64,000 nucleotides of DNA, taken from positions 35,883 to 99,882 of the IMG/VR virus record IMGVR_UViG_3300023181_000002; one strand, 5' to 3'. Below, one piece after another: positions 50,282 through 59,130 of this stretch. The notes beneath the pieces are model-generated. The model saw only the letters and a list, made by a program, of their open reading frames with translations. It made no database searches and had not been told where the DNA came from. The stretch's first letter is position 1. Each line of letters begins with the position of its first letter. The DNA comes from a virus. Made by a program: the position numbers and the translations under genes.

Positions 50282-50520
50282 ATAATATCCTTATCAGTCT
50301 TTTTAGCTTGATAAATTGCTTCCTTTAAACTCATTTCCGAGACAATACCTCCATCAACTTTTCTAAGAAGCCTATCCATAGGCACGCCTTTTATTTTCTT
50401 AGTTATCGCATACCCTTTCGGAGGCATTAAATTATCAGGTTTAAATTTATCTTCAACCTGAACATATTTGGCCGCAAGTGGCAATGCTAAAACTGACTTC
50501 AAAAAATCTAATCTTTTCAT
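50275..50520 (-). CDS. small protein with Tat-like N-terminus
   Basis: MKRLDFLKSVLALPLAA (single Arg). Confidence 0.5.
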   Translation of the reverse strand: MKRLDFLKSVLALPLAAKYVQVEDKFKPDNLMPPKGYAITKKIKGVPMDRLLRKVDGGIVSEMSLKEAIYQAKKTDKDIIW

Positions 50521-50532
50521 AAGTGGTTCTTT

Positions 50533-50694
50533 TTAATAGTTTCTAGTCGGCTCAAACCAATCATTTAATCCCTTCTGATCCTGCTTCTCAGAAATCCTAT
50601 CAAATACATCTTCTTCAGGTTTCGCCTCCGGCTTGCTTTCGTAACGAGGTTGACCCCGTTTAGCAGTGAACTTTTTGTAGTGGGATTTTGCCAT
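50533..50694 (-). CDS. hypothetical 53 aa protein (not in ORF track)
   Basis: MAKSHYKKF...PTRNY*, fills the operon gap. Confidence 0.55.
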   Translation of the reverse strand: MAKSHYKKFTAKRGQPRYESKPEAKPEEDVFDRISEKQDQKGLNDWFEPTRNY

Positions 50695-50696
50695 GG

Positions 50697-50984
50697 TTAA
50701 ATGGTTTCATAAGTTTTATGAAAAATATCAGGCTTACATGGGTAAAATTCTCCAGAAACTCCTTTAATAATCCAGTCTCCAAAACTAGCTTTCATTGTTC
50801 CTTCTAAAGTCTGTATGCCTAAATAACCTTGCATATTTATATCTTCATAATATGCACCTTTCAACCATTCGGTCGAAACTTCAGATTCTCCATGGATAAA
50901 AATTATTGCTTCATTAACAGAATCCTTATTATCGAGTAATTGAACTGCTTCAATAACTACCGGCTTCTTTCTGTAAAATCCCAT
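50697..50984 (-). CDS. conserved phage protein (YRKKPVVIEAVQ family)
   Basis: TLEG.M.A..GDWIIKGV.GEFYPCKPDIF..TYE. Confidence 0.85.
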   Translation of the reverse strand: MGFYRKKPVVIEAVQLLDNKDSVNEAIIFIHGESEVSTEWLKGAYYEDINMQGYLGIQTLEGTMKASFGDWIIKGVSGEFYPCKPDIFHKTYETI

Positions 50985-50987
50985 AAT

Positions 50988-53534
50988 CTATACTGTTTGT
51001 GGTTCTTGTTGCTTATTCTGTTGCGCCATCTTCAAAGCTTCATTCTCCTGGCGAAGCCTTTCAAGTTGCGCCTCCAAGCCGGCCTGATAAGATTGACTGT
51101 CTTTATTTAACTCGTGATCAAGAAGCTTATCCTGCGTTTTATTGGTATCATTGATGTCATTCAAAGCACCTTTCGCATCTTCACGTTTACGCTGCTCGTC
51201 GTTTTTCAACTGCTGAACGTTCGCTGCGGACTGTGCCTGAATCTGCGCTACATCCACAGGTATCTGATTTTTCTGCTGCATGGTCTGAGCCTGCAACTGT
51301 GCCTGCTGACTTGCGGCCTGCTGTGCTTGCTGCTGTGCTGCCTGAAGCTCCTCTTTTGCTTTACGGAAAATAGATAGCGCCTCGGCAGGATTATCCGTGT
51401 AAAGGATATTAATCAAAGGCTCCAGCATATCGATACCGCCCGAAGAAAGCACCTGCATCACCGCGTTATCTAAGATAGCCTTTTTATCCTTCAATGCCGC
51501 ACCGGATTCCAAATAAATATCAAAATCCGCAACATTTAAATCTTTACTCAATTTCAAGAACTCGCGCTCTCCATCAGAGAGTTTCACATTGATATATCCT
51601 TCACGCGCATACACATGCTTGCTCACATCGCCAACCCTTTGAAGCACCTGGTTCATGAAAAGGTTATGCTCGTAGAATTTCTCCACTTTAAGCTGACTCT
51701 GCGCGGCAATGTTCATCTGCTGCTTAGCGCCAGACTCGTAAGGATTAGATATGCCCTGCACCTGTTCACTCGTGCCGATGATACGGTTATATCCTTCGTT
51801 AAGAATCCCGATCAAGGTAAGCATATTATTGATCTCGTTAATATGGTTCCCCATCTGAAGCATCGTTAAATGCTTTTGGGTATACTCGTTAGAGCCTACC
51901 ATCTTCGAGCTGTTATACATCAGGATACCCGTCTTTTTAGCGCTATACAGCGCATCCTTAGCGTGACCCGATCCAATGATCGCTTCATCGATTAAAAGTG
52001 CCGCATTAAGCCCTGAAAGGTTGACAATATCCTCGATACGGTTAAACAGCGTATTAGTCATCCTTGCAAAGTTCTCTCCGACCAAAACCAAAGACTTTTC
52101 CCGGCTGATCTGCGCTACAATAGGCATGCCTACATAACGCTCTTTTACCGGTTTTACCGTAGCATATTTATAACGGCCCACATCAAGCAGCGTCCCATGC
52201 CCGATACGTGTCGCTTCCCATAATTCTCTTTTGTGTTTCTCTTCAGTATATCCCTTCGGAGGTTTCTCATTCGGATCAATCTCGATCCAGTTGGCGATCA
52301 TCGTACGATCATCATCAATCGTCTTACGCCACTGCTCCACCTCTCGAGCGGTAGTCGGCTTCCCGTTCATCTCTACCAGGTATTTCTTAGGCACAGACAC
52401 CTTGAAAAACATCTTCTGTTCAAGGATCGTATTGGAAAGCGCATAAGCGCCTTTCTGAAAAGGATAAAAAACGTTTCTGAAATAATCTGCCCTGCCGAAC
52501 TGTGGATTAGTATGTTCTGAAAAGTTATTCGCTACAGAGGTGAGCACATTGGTTTTGTAGTATTCTGAAAAGTATGGCCTCGAAGGGTCGTAAATGCATT
52601 CAACACCATCTCTCAATTTCTTTGCCGCGTCAAGAAGTCCCTTTGCGCCGGTGCCGGTATCGAGAATATCCCCGTATTTATCCATCACCTCTGTAAGCGT
52701 TAGATAATCAATCACTGATGCCGCGACAAGTCCCGAATCTTCGAAGGTTTCTATGCCGCGTTTTCCCACCATGCGCACATTCGACGGGTGTACATGCTTC
52801 ACAACCACTTCACCATTGACTACATCCACAAAGGCGAACTCTGAATTGATGTCGAATTTATTATCAAAACAGTCTCTGCCTAATTTTAACAAATTTTGCT
52901 CATTATTGACATGCTGAAGGATTTTAAACAAGATCAGCTCCATCTCATCAGAAGCAAATAATCTATCCAGTACCTCGTCAATAGGTGCCGCTAAGCTGAT
53001 GCTTTTATCTTCAAGGAAATCCAGATTCACACCATCCTGAGAAGCAGCCTGCTGTGAGAGAAGATTCTTTAAAAGTTTCTTCGCGTTGGATTTATCTTTT
53101 TTAAGCTTTTTAAAGCTGTACTCGTTAGAGATATTCTTAACGGTATATTTCAACGGCTGCTTAACGATCTCGCCTAACGTGTGCGATTTAGCGGCATAAA
53201 AGAAATGGTTATCGCGCATCGGGGTTAAACCCTTGTAGCCGTATGCCATCTCCGCAGCAACATAATCTTTCGGGTCGATCTTTCCCTTGGCAACATTGAA
53301 AAGGTGAGGCGTGTTCGGGTTATCATCGTCGTAGATGCCTGATTCATTGAATAACATCGAATCACTAAGCTGCTGAATCTGGTTCAGCCACAGCGTATCA
53401 TCTTTCTCGTATTCCTTCTTCCAGATCAGCAAAGGAGGATCAAGCATCCGCTTACGCTTGCCAGGGAATGTACCATCATCCCTGATCTGTATCTGGGTTA
53501 GCTCGTCGTAAAGTGTTTGCTGTAATGGGTCCAC
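50988..53534 (-). CDS. portal protein
   Basis: 848 aa; LGE...QP, WEATRIG, IG.SEQ.QG, DFDIY, Q-rich C-terminal coil. Confidence 0.85.
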   Translation of the reverse strand: MDPLQQTLYDELTQIQIRDDGTFPGKRKRMLDPPLLIWKKEYEKDDTLWLNQIQQLSDSMLFNESGIYDDDNPNTPHLFNVAKGKIDPKDYVAAEMAYGYKGLTPMRDNHFFYAAKSHTLGEIVKQPLKYTVKNISNEYSFKKLKKDKSNAKKLLKNLLSQQAASQDGVNLDFLEDKSISLAAPIDEVLDRLFASDEMELILFKILQHVNNEQNLLKLGRDCFDNKFDINSEFAFVDVVNGEVVVKHVHPSNVRMVGKRGIETFEDSGLVAASVIDYLTLTEVMDKYGDILDTGTGAKGLLDAAKKLRDGVECIYDPSRPYFSEYYKTNVLTSVANNFSEHTNPQFGRADYFRNVFYPFQKGAYALSNTILEQKMFFKVSVPKKYLVEMNGKPTTAREVEQWRKTIDDDRTMIANWIEIDPNEKPPKGYTEEKHKRELWEATRIGHGTLLDVGRYKYATVKPVKERYVGMPIVAQISREKSLVLVGENFARMTNTLFNRIEDIVNLSGLNAALLIDEAIIGSGHAKDALYSAKKTGILMYNSSKMVGSNEYTQKHLTMLQMGNHINEINNMLTLIGILNEGYNRIIGTSEQVQGISNPYESGAKQQMNIAAQSQLKVEKFYEHNLFMNQVLQRVGDVSKHVYAREGYINVKLSDGEREFLKLSKDLNVADFDIYLESGAALKDKKAILDNAVMQVLSSGGIDMLEPLINILYTDNPAEALSIFRKAKEELQAAQQQAQQAASQQAQLQAQTMQQKNQIPVDVAQIQAQSAANVQQLKNDEQRKREDAKGALNDINDTNKTQDKLLDHELNKDSQSYQAGLEAQLERLRQENEALKMAQQNKQQEPQTV

Positions 53535-53623
53535 AGGCAGTGCTCGAAGTTTCTAAAATTATTCGTGTAAATATATGGAAAATAAATTTAATTATGTATA
53601 TGAGATAATTAATCATAATTGTG

Positions 53624-53808
53624 TATATTTGTGTTCGCCAAGATTGAATGTATCACGATTATTGTATTACTTTTGCGTACTACATACGGCTCCAATAAAA
53701 TTCAGAGGCCCATCTTGAGAACAAAATTTAATCTTGGCGGATGACAATTTTCGTGAATCTCAGATTGGGCCTCAAAACCTTTAGTCCAATCTGGTTTTAT
53801 ATGCCAGA
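53624..53808 (+). promoter_or_regulatory. tandem -7 promoters and structured 5' leader
   Basis: TATATTTG 53624, TACTTTTG 53668; stem 53705-53720/53758-53773; loop 53730-53739 complementary to 53636-53645. Confidence 0.6.
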
Positions 53809-53811
53809 TAA

Positions 53812-54645
53812 ATGGATCAAACTTACATCTATGTCGAACTTGCTTATAAGGAGATAAAAGCTTCTGACAGGGGAAGATATTTTTTAAGTTATTTACAGAT
53901 TCGTTTAGAGGCTTCTAAACGTGCAGGAACCTTTACCGAAGAAATGTTCCAAGAAGCGACAGGTCTTCATCCTCGCACTGCTAAAAATCATATCAAGGCA
54001 TTGATAGAGAAAAAATACATTTCTCTTAAATCAAAAAATAATTACCAGTTAGTATCTCAGAATAAGATATTCACTAGAGACAAAAACGACTTATTTGTAA
54101 AATTTAGCCAAGACGAACTGAAAAGTTATTCGTGGAAAAATATAAGATCATTTCGGGCATTTTTAATTGAAATGATTTATTCTCGTACAAAGTATTACCA
54201 AAAGAAAAGACATATTGAAAAGTATAAGGAGATTAATCCTCGCGATAAGGCTCCTGAGACAATAGAGAATCCAAGGTACTTACAACCAGAGTGGGATCTT
54301 TTTGTTAGTCTCTCATACGGAAATATGCTTTTGGATATACCGGAAACGACATTGTCGGGCTATAGACGTGCGCAAAGCGTGTCACAGTATTACGAAGGTA
54401 GAACTTTTGTAATCTATGATAGTAAAACGTATCATACGCACCCGAAAATGATGCACAATTTATCAGTTTTTAAAGGTTTTTGTAAAAAGTGGAAAGGGAA
54501 GGAATATTTCTTTCCTATAAGCAAGCGCTATTCATCTCTCTCTTTAAAGAAACATCCTTTTAAGGTGGCTAATGCTCTCTGCATATCACGTAAAAACTTA
54601 GATGCTACTCAAACCTTGCATTTCGATAATTCAATTCCTTTTTGA
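53812..54645 (+). CDS. winged-HTH DNA-binding protein (replication-initiator-like?)
   Basis: FQEATGLHPRTAKNHIKALIEKKYI; ends DNSIPF. Confidence 0.55.
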   Translation: MDQTYIYVELAYKEIKASDRGRYFLSYLQIRLEASKRAGTFTEEMFQEATGLHPRTAKNHIKALIEKKYISLKSKNNYQLVSQNKIFTRDKNDLFVKFSQDELKSYSWKNIRSFRAFLIEMIYSRTKYYQKKRHIEKYKEINPRDKAPETIENPRYLQPEWDLFVSLSYGNMLLDIPETTLSGYRRAQSVSQYYEGRTFVIYDSKTYHTHPKMMHNLSVFKGFCKKWKGKEYFFPISKRYSSLSLKKHPFKVANALCISRKNLDATQTLHFDNSIPF

Positions 54646-54659
54646 AAATTATATAACAT

Positions 54660-54950
54660 ATGGACCCAATTAAAGTAGGTGACAAGTTTACCGCAATAGG
54701 CATTGATCAGTATTTTATAATCACTGGATTTAAGAAACAAAAGAATAAAGTAAGGAAAAAGTCTGATATAGATAGCGAAGATGAGCATCAGTCTGAAAAA
54801 GAAGCTACCTATACAGATTACTTCCGTGTAGAGGTTTATCGCAATGGCGTTACTCACAAAGATAAAATGATTGTCAGCAAATCAACGCCATTATTTCTTG
54901 ACACAACTTGTTATGTAAGAACGAATATTTACGATTTAATAGAATGGTAA
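54660..54950 (+). CDS. hypothetical protein
   Basis: IKVGDKF SH3-like start. Confidence 0.6.
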   Translation: MDPIKVGDKFTAIGIDQYFIITGFKKQKNKVRKKSDIDSEDEHQSEKEATYTDYFRVEVYRNGVTHKDKMIVSKSTPLFLDTTCYVRTNIYDLIEW

Positions 54951-55534
54951 AGCCAGATTTTAGTGCATACGATCAAAGACTCCTTGCTTTAGGTGAGAAA
55001 TACGCAGAAGAAAATTTATATAAGCACAATACATGGGCAGTTCAAAAGATTGCCAGGCAGCTTAGGCGACTAAGAATACCTTTCAGAAGAGAAGTTCCGG
55101 TTATTGTATTGACGCGCGATAAGACAAAAAGAGGTCGTCTTTATATTATTGACTTTTACTTTGAACAGCCTCTTAATTTTATAATCGAAGTTGATGGAGG
55201 TTATCATAAAAAACTTGATCAAGCTGAGAAAGATCGTCTTCGCGACGAAGCTACAGAGATGCACGGTTTAGGTAAAACTTTCAGGTATACAAATGAAGAA
55301 ATACTTGAAGAAAAGTTTGATATCCTAAATAAGATACTTTACAATAATCGAATGAAAGCGATATTTAAAAAGTATTGGGATTTGAATGATCCCACTCCGG
55401 CAGTAAAGAAAAAGAAATCTGTGGCAGGGAATAGTTTAGGTGCTAGATTGAAAAAGAAAGAAGTTAAAGTTGGAGGTAAAAAGTTTTTTAAAGAACATCA
55501 AAGAAGAGTTAGTAAATTAAAGCCTCGCATATGA
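54943..55534 (+). CDS. DUF559/Vsr-like PD-(D/E)xK endonuclease
   Basis: FRRE.P, YIIDFY, IEVDGGYH...Q..KD..RD, RYTNEEI. Confidence 0.85.
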
Positions 55535-55788
55535 AAATGCCTAATCCATCCAAAACACAGCTCCTTCTTATCAGGGAACTCCAGTCGAAACCCGGAGCGA
55601 GTTTCCTCTTTCAGAAAGAATGGGAGCTGATGTTGTCTAACGCTTTATTCTCTCAGTTTACCAGCAAGCCAAGGTTTAGCTCTTTCAGGGCACTTGAAAG
55701 GATGGGGCTTGTAGAATACAAATTAATAATATCGGGCGATAAAACCGTTGCTAAATATTATTTAACAGAAAAAGGGATTAATTATTAA
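55531..55788 (+). CDS. winged-helix protein
   Basis: ALERMGLVE...YYLTEKG. Confidence 0.6.
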   Translation: MKMPNPSKTQLLLIRELQSKPGASFLFQKEWELMLSNALFSQFTSKPRFSSFRALERMGLVEYKLIISGDKTVAKYYLTEKGINY

Positions 55789-55793
55789 TAGGC

Positions 55794-56009
55794 ATGATAG
55801 ACTCAACAAGAAGGCGGTTAGAGGATTCCTATGGAGACGAATGGGAGAAAGAAATGAATAAATGGTTTACTCGTCAAGATTTTGTTGACTTCTTCGATAT
55901 ACCTAATCACGGTACTAAATCTGATTTAATAAATAGAATCCGTAATTATCAAATCAATAGGATAATTAATAACTTGAAAATGAAAACAAAACTGTTAATT
56001 CATAAATGA
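55794..56009 (+). CDS. SAP-like small DNA-binding protein
   Basis: IP.HGTKSDLINRI. Confidence 0.45.
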   Translation: MIDSTRRRLEDSYGDEWEKEMNKWFTRQDFVDFFDIPNHGTKSDLINRIRNYQINRIINNLKMKTKLLIHK

Positions 56010-56176
56010 AATGCCAAGAGAAAAACAAATATTTTACCCGTAAAGAAGCACGCCGCAGCGCGAGAATACAGAAGCGTAATTCCGGCAAGGATATCCACTG
56101 CTACATCTGTCCGGAGTGCGGATATTATCATTTAACCTCCATGCCGAGGATATTCGTTGTAAGGAATAAAGAATGA
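56006..56176 (+). CDS. small Zn-finger protein, 56 aa (not in ORF track)
   Basis: MKC..K..FTRKEA...YICPECGYYHLTS. Confidence 0.7.
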   Translation: MKCQEKNKYFTRKEARRSARIQKRNSGKDIHCYICPECGYYHLTSMPRIFVVRNKE

Positions 56177-56207
56177 AAGGAACGCATTAAAAATAAACCT
56201 TGAATGA

Positions 56208-56239
56208 TTTGATAATATTCACAAAAATACATATCTTTG
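56208..56239 (+). promoter_or_regulatory. consensus Bacteroidota promoter TTTG-N20-TATCTTTG
   Basis: Exact -33/-7 consensus, 3 nt before ATG 56243. Confidence 0.75.
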
Positions 56240-56242
56240 ATC

Positions 56243-56527
56243 ATGATCTTAGGAGATATTGTAAAACAACAGCGCCGTTTAAAGAAGTTAACCCAGAAAG
56301 AGTTATCCGTGAAAGCGGGTGTTGCGATGACGACAATCTCTTTTCTGGAATGCGGCCAGGGAAGATACCCGAACAGTGAAACCCTGACGAGTTTAGCTTT
56401 AGCGTTGGACCTGTACCCGGCATATCTTATTCTGAGTAGTATCCGTGAAGAGGATGTTCCTGCGGGGAACCGTAAAAGGTTTGAAGTTTTGAGAAAGGAA
56501 ATGATTGAGCTTTTAAAGCTATCATAA
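56243..56527 (+). CDS. XRE-family HTH regulator
   Basis: LGDIVK..R....LTQ.ELS...GV....IS.LE.G...P...TL..LA.AL. Confidence 0.9.
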   Translation: MILGDIVKQQRRLKKLTQKELSVKAGVAMTTISFLECGQGRYPNSETLTSLALALDLYPAYLILSSIREEDVPAGNRKRFEVLRKEMIELLKLS

Positions 56528-56570
56528 AGATACCGTCGAGCAACGTAGCCACGGAATAAATAAATCAATT

Positions 56571-56855
56571 ATGAAGTCAAGGTTGGAAATGATTTTAGAT
56601 CCGGAAACGATGTCTCCGTTGATCAAAGTAGACATCAGAAAAAGCGAAGATATGCGAGATGTTATTTTTAATAAGTTCGCAGAAAGTTTCGGATTCCAAT
56701 CTAACTGGTGTTATGTTAAGTTTATCGAAGGTAGTCACCATGAAGGTCCATTTCCTATGATAGACAAAAGCTTATTAATTTCTCCTTTAGGCGGTAAAAA
56801 TGAACTTATCAAAATGAGAGATGAGCTTAATGAGCGGATTGATCAAATGAAATAA
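56571..56855 (+). CDS. hypothetical protein
   Basis: ORF with A-rich leader. Confidence 0.65.
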   Translation: MKSRLEMILDPETMSPLIKVDIRKSEDMRDVIFNKFAESFGFQSNWCYVKFIEGSHHEGPFPMIDKSLLISPLGGKNELIKMRDELNERIDQMK

Positions 56856-56863
56856 TTTATCAA

Positions 56864-56887
56864 AGGGCATACATTTTGTGTGCCCTA
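56864..56887 (+). terminator. intergenic hairpin
   Basis: AGGGCATAC-ATTTT-GTGTGCCCT; weak U-tract. Confidence 0.45.
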
Positions 56888-56916
56888 CTTCAATAAACTA
56901 AAAACTAAAAATCATC

Positions 56917-57147
56917 ATGTCACAGAAAATCGAGAAGGGTAAGGCTTATATAGCAACCCATAAAGAAACAAAACAAACCGTGGATATCCTTGGTGTTAAC
57001 TCCGAACTGGATTTAGTCATTGTAGGCACCATCCCGAATCACATCGATTCATTGTCTCACTACACCAAGTTAAAGCCGGCAGAGAACCTTTCTGACGAGC
57101 AAATCGCTGGAAGGGATGCCCAGTTCGGGTTGAACTGGGATAATTAA
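56917..57147 (+). CDS. hypothetical protein
   Basis: ORF with A-rich leader. Confidence 0.65.
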   Translation: MSQKIEKGKAYIATHKETKQTVDILGVNSELDLVIVGTIPNHIDSLSHYTKLKPAENLSDEQIAGRDAQFGLNWDN

Positions 57148-57149
57148 TG

Positions 57150-57170
57150 CTACGAAAGTTTTCGAACCAC
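57150..57170 (+). repeat. 21-nt element 20/21 identical to 21705-21725
   Basis: CTACGAAAGTTTTCGAACCAC vs CTACGAAAGTTTCCGAACCAC. Confidence 0.9.
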
Positions 57171-57256
57171 ATTATTGTGAGAAGGGTTTAGGTATATTAC
57201 TGTACTCTTAAAGGATATTCTTTGAAAGAGTCTGATTTTTTTACTTCACTTCTGAT

Positions 57257-58749
57257 ATGACCAACAAGAAAATAAAACACTACGCGAAACTTTACTCGCG
57301 CTATCGTCTCGAAGAAGAATCTAACGAGCATGTTCCTGCCGTAGAACTCAAAAAGATTGCCGACTTCATGGAAGAGGATTTCACGGCGGGATGGAAAGCG
57401 TGTATGCATTATAGCAAAGATGAAGGCACGAAGTTGTCCATGTTGAGAGTAATCCTCGATCAGCACTTTAAAGATGGTGTAGAGGTTAACCTGGCAGAAG
57501 TTGGTAAGGCGGTAGGGATTTCTTTGGGATACATTTAAACAAAATAATTTTTTATGAATTTTATAAAACTAATAGCGGTAGATTCAAAGGATAGCGAACT
57601 ATTTATCAACGCTGAGCACATTAGCTGTATTCAGGGAGATGATAACAGTCCTACTGAAGTGCTTGTTAATAATTCAATTACTTATGTCGTAGCTGATACT
57701 GTAGAGAGCATCTTTAATAAGATAAATAGCAATAGTATTGTTGTTTTCCCTATGCCTCAATGAAAGAACAATTCAAAATATACTTTCTCGACAACACCTA
57801 CGCGAATGATTCCGGTAGAGAATCCCGGCATACAAATCTTGAAGAAGTTTCCCTTCGAGATGAAGTTCCTTTCTTTGAGTCTTACCTTGACGCGAAATCC
57901 TGGCTGAATTTGAAAGTGTTTAAAGGTGTGCTTTCGAAGGAGGATAAATATGTTATTTTACCTGTAATCTCATTTGAGTGAAAAAGAGAATACTAGTCAT
58001 AAGGATTGATAGATTGTCAGAACTTTCTGAAGTGGAAGTTTATAATCTTTTTTGTATTTACTATCAAGTTCACCCATATCCATCTTTCCCTCACAAGTGG
58101 CGGGTAGATAAATATTTTAAATCAGATTTCCATAAATATGTATCCATTGGTTACGATTCAAGAAATCTAGGAAAACCTTTAAAAAAGATATGATAAAAGA
58201 AAACACAGTACCATTCCGCCTTAAAGAGAAAATCTTTGAAGCGATAGAATCTCAGGAAGGCTTCGCTGAAGATGCTCTGCAGCCTAACAGCGTATATCTT
58301 AAAGAGGGATTCGTTTGGAATCAGGATTTAAACAAGATCGTTCCCAATGTGCCTGTTGTAATCAGAACCATTCATGATGCGCTGTATGGTGTGATTCCGT
58401 ATAAGGTAGCCCCGATAGAGCAGATTCTTTACCGGAATTACGCAACAGGAACGCCTTGGAGAGGCACTTCCGATACAATCTTCGGATGGGCTAATTACGA
58501 TGAGGTAGAGGATATTTTTCAAGGGTTAATCTGGAGTTTATGACGATGACTATATCTGAATCATTTTCTCTGGGAGATTCTGTTTATGTAAAGACCGATA
58601 CAGAACAGCTTGAGAGAATCATAACAGGTATAATGATTCGTCCTGGTGGAGTTGTTTATTATGTGCAACAGTCTATAAATAACGAAACCTGTCACTATGA
58701 CTTTGAGTTATGCTCTGAAATTAATCAACTTAAAAAGTTTCAAAATTGA
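57257..58749 (+). other. run of six small hypothetical CDSs (57257-57538, 57554-57763, 57760-57981, 57978-58193, 58190-58543, 58540-58749)
   Basis: Same strand, mostly 4-nt stop/start overlaps. Confidence 0.7.
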
Positions 58750-58757
58750 TTTAACGG

Positions 58758-58789
58758 TTTGTCCCTTTAAAATTCAGTACCTAGATTTG
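58758..58789 (+). promoter_or_regulatory. consensus Bacteroidota promoter TTTG-N20-TAGATTTG
   Basis: Exact -33/-7 consensus upstream of 58822. Confidence 0.75.
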
Positions 58790-58821
58790 GGTAGTTTTTA
58801 AAATTTAACCAAATCAATACC

Positions 58822-59130
58822 ATGTCAGGAAAATTAATCTCCCTAAAAGAAGCCACCGAAAGAAAGGAAGCATACCGTAAACTGCCGCTTGCTGCGGATC
58901 AGATATATGTAGAGTCTGAATTCTACAGCGTAGATATCTTAAAGAAACTTGTTGGAGATGTGCCTATAAAGGATGTAGCCGGGCTGAGAGTGAGCTTTGC
59001 ACAGGTGGGCCGCGAAGGGAAATCTGTTCTGACGACCGTTTTAGAGTTGGTTCTGAAGGAGGAGGTTAAAACTGAAACTATACAAGAAGCTGCGGGAGAT
59101 CCGCCGGCTTGTCCCATATTCTGTTCATGA
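58822..59130 (+). CDS. small protein with C-terminal DPPACPIFC motif (putative signal precursor)
   Basis: ISL.EA....Y, F.S...L..L, GLRV.F, T.VL, terminal CxxxC. Confidence 0.7.
   Translation: MSGKLISLKEATERKEAYRKLPLAADQIYVESEFYSVDILKKLVGDVPIKDVAGLRVSFAQVGREGKSVLTTVLELVLKEEVKTETIQEAAGDPPACPIFCS

Noticed and set aside
57150-57175. tRNA suggested by GGTTCGA on the minus strand (also GGTTCG near 21720)
   Set aside because: No T-stem closure, acceptor stem or anticodon arm
57175-57185. Third copy of the late promoter (TTGTGAGAAGG)
   Set aside because: Only 9/11 match and no -7-like box at 20 nt
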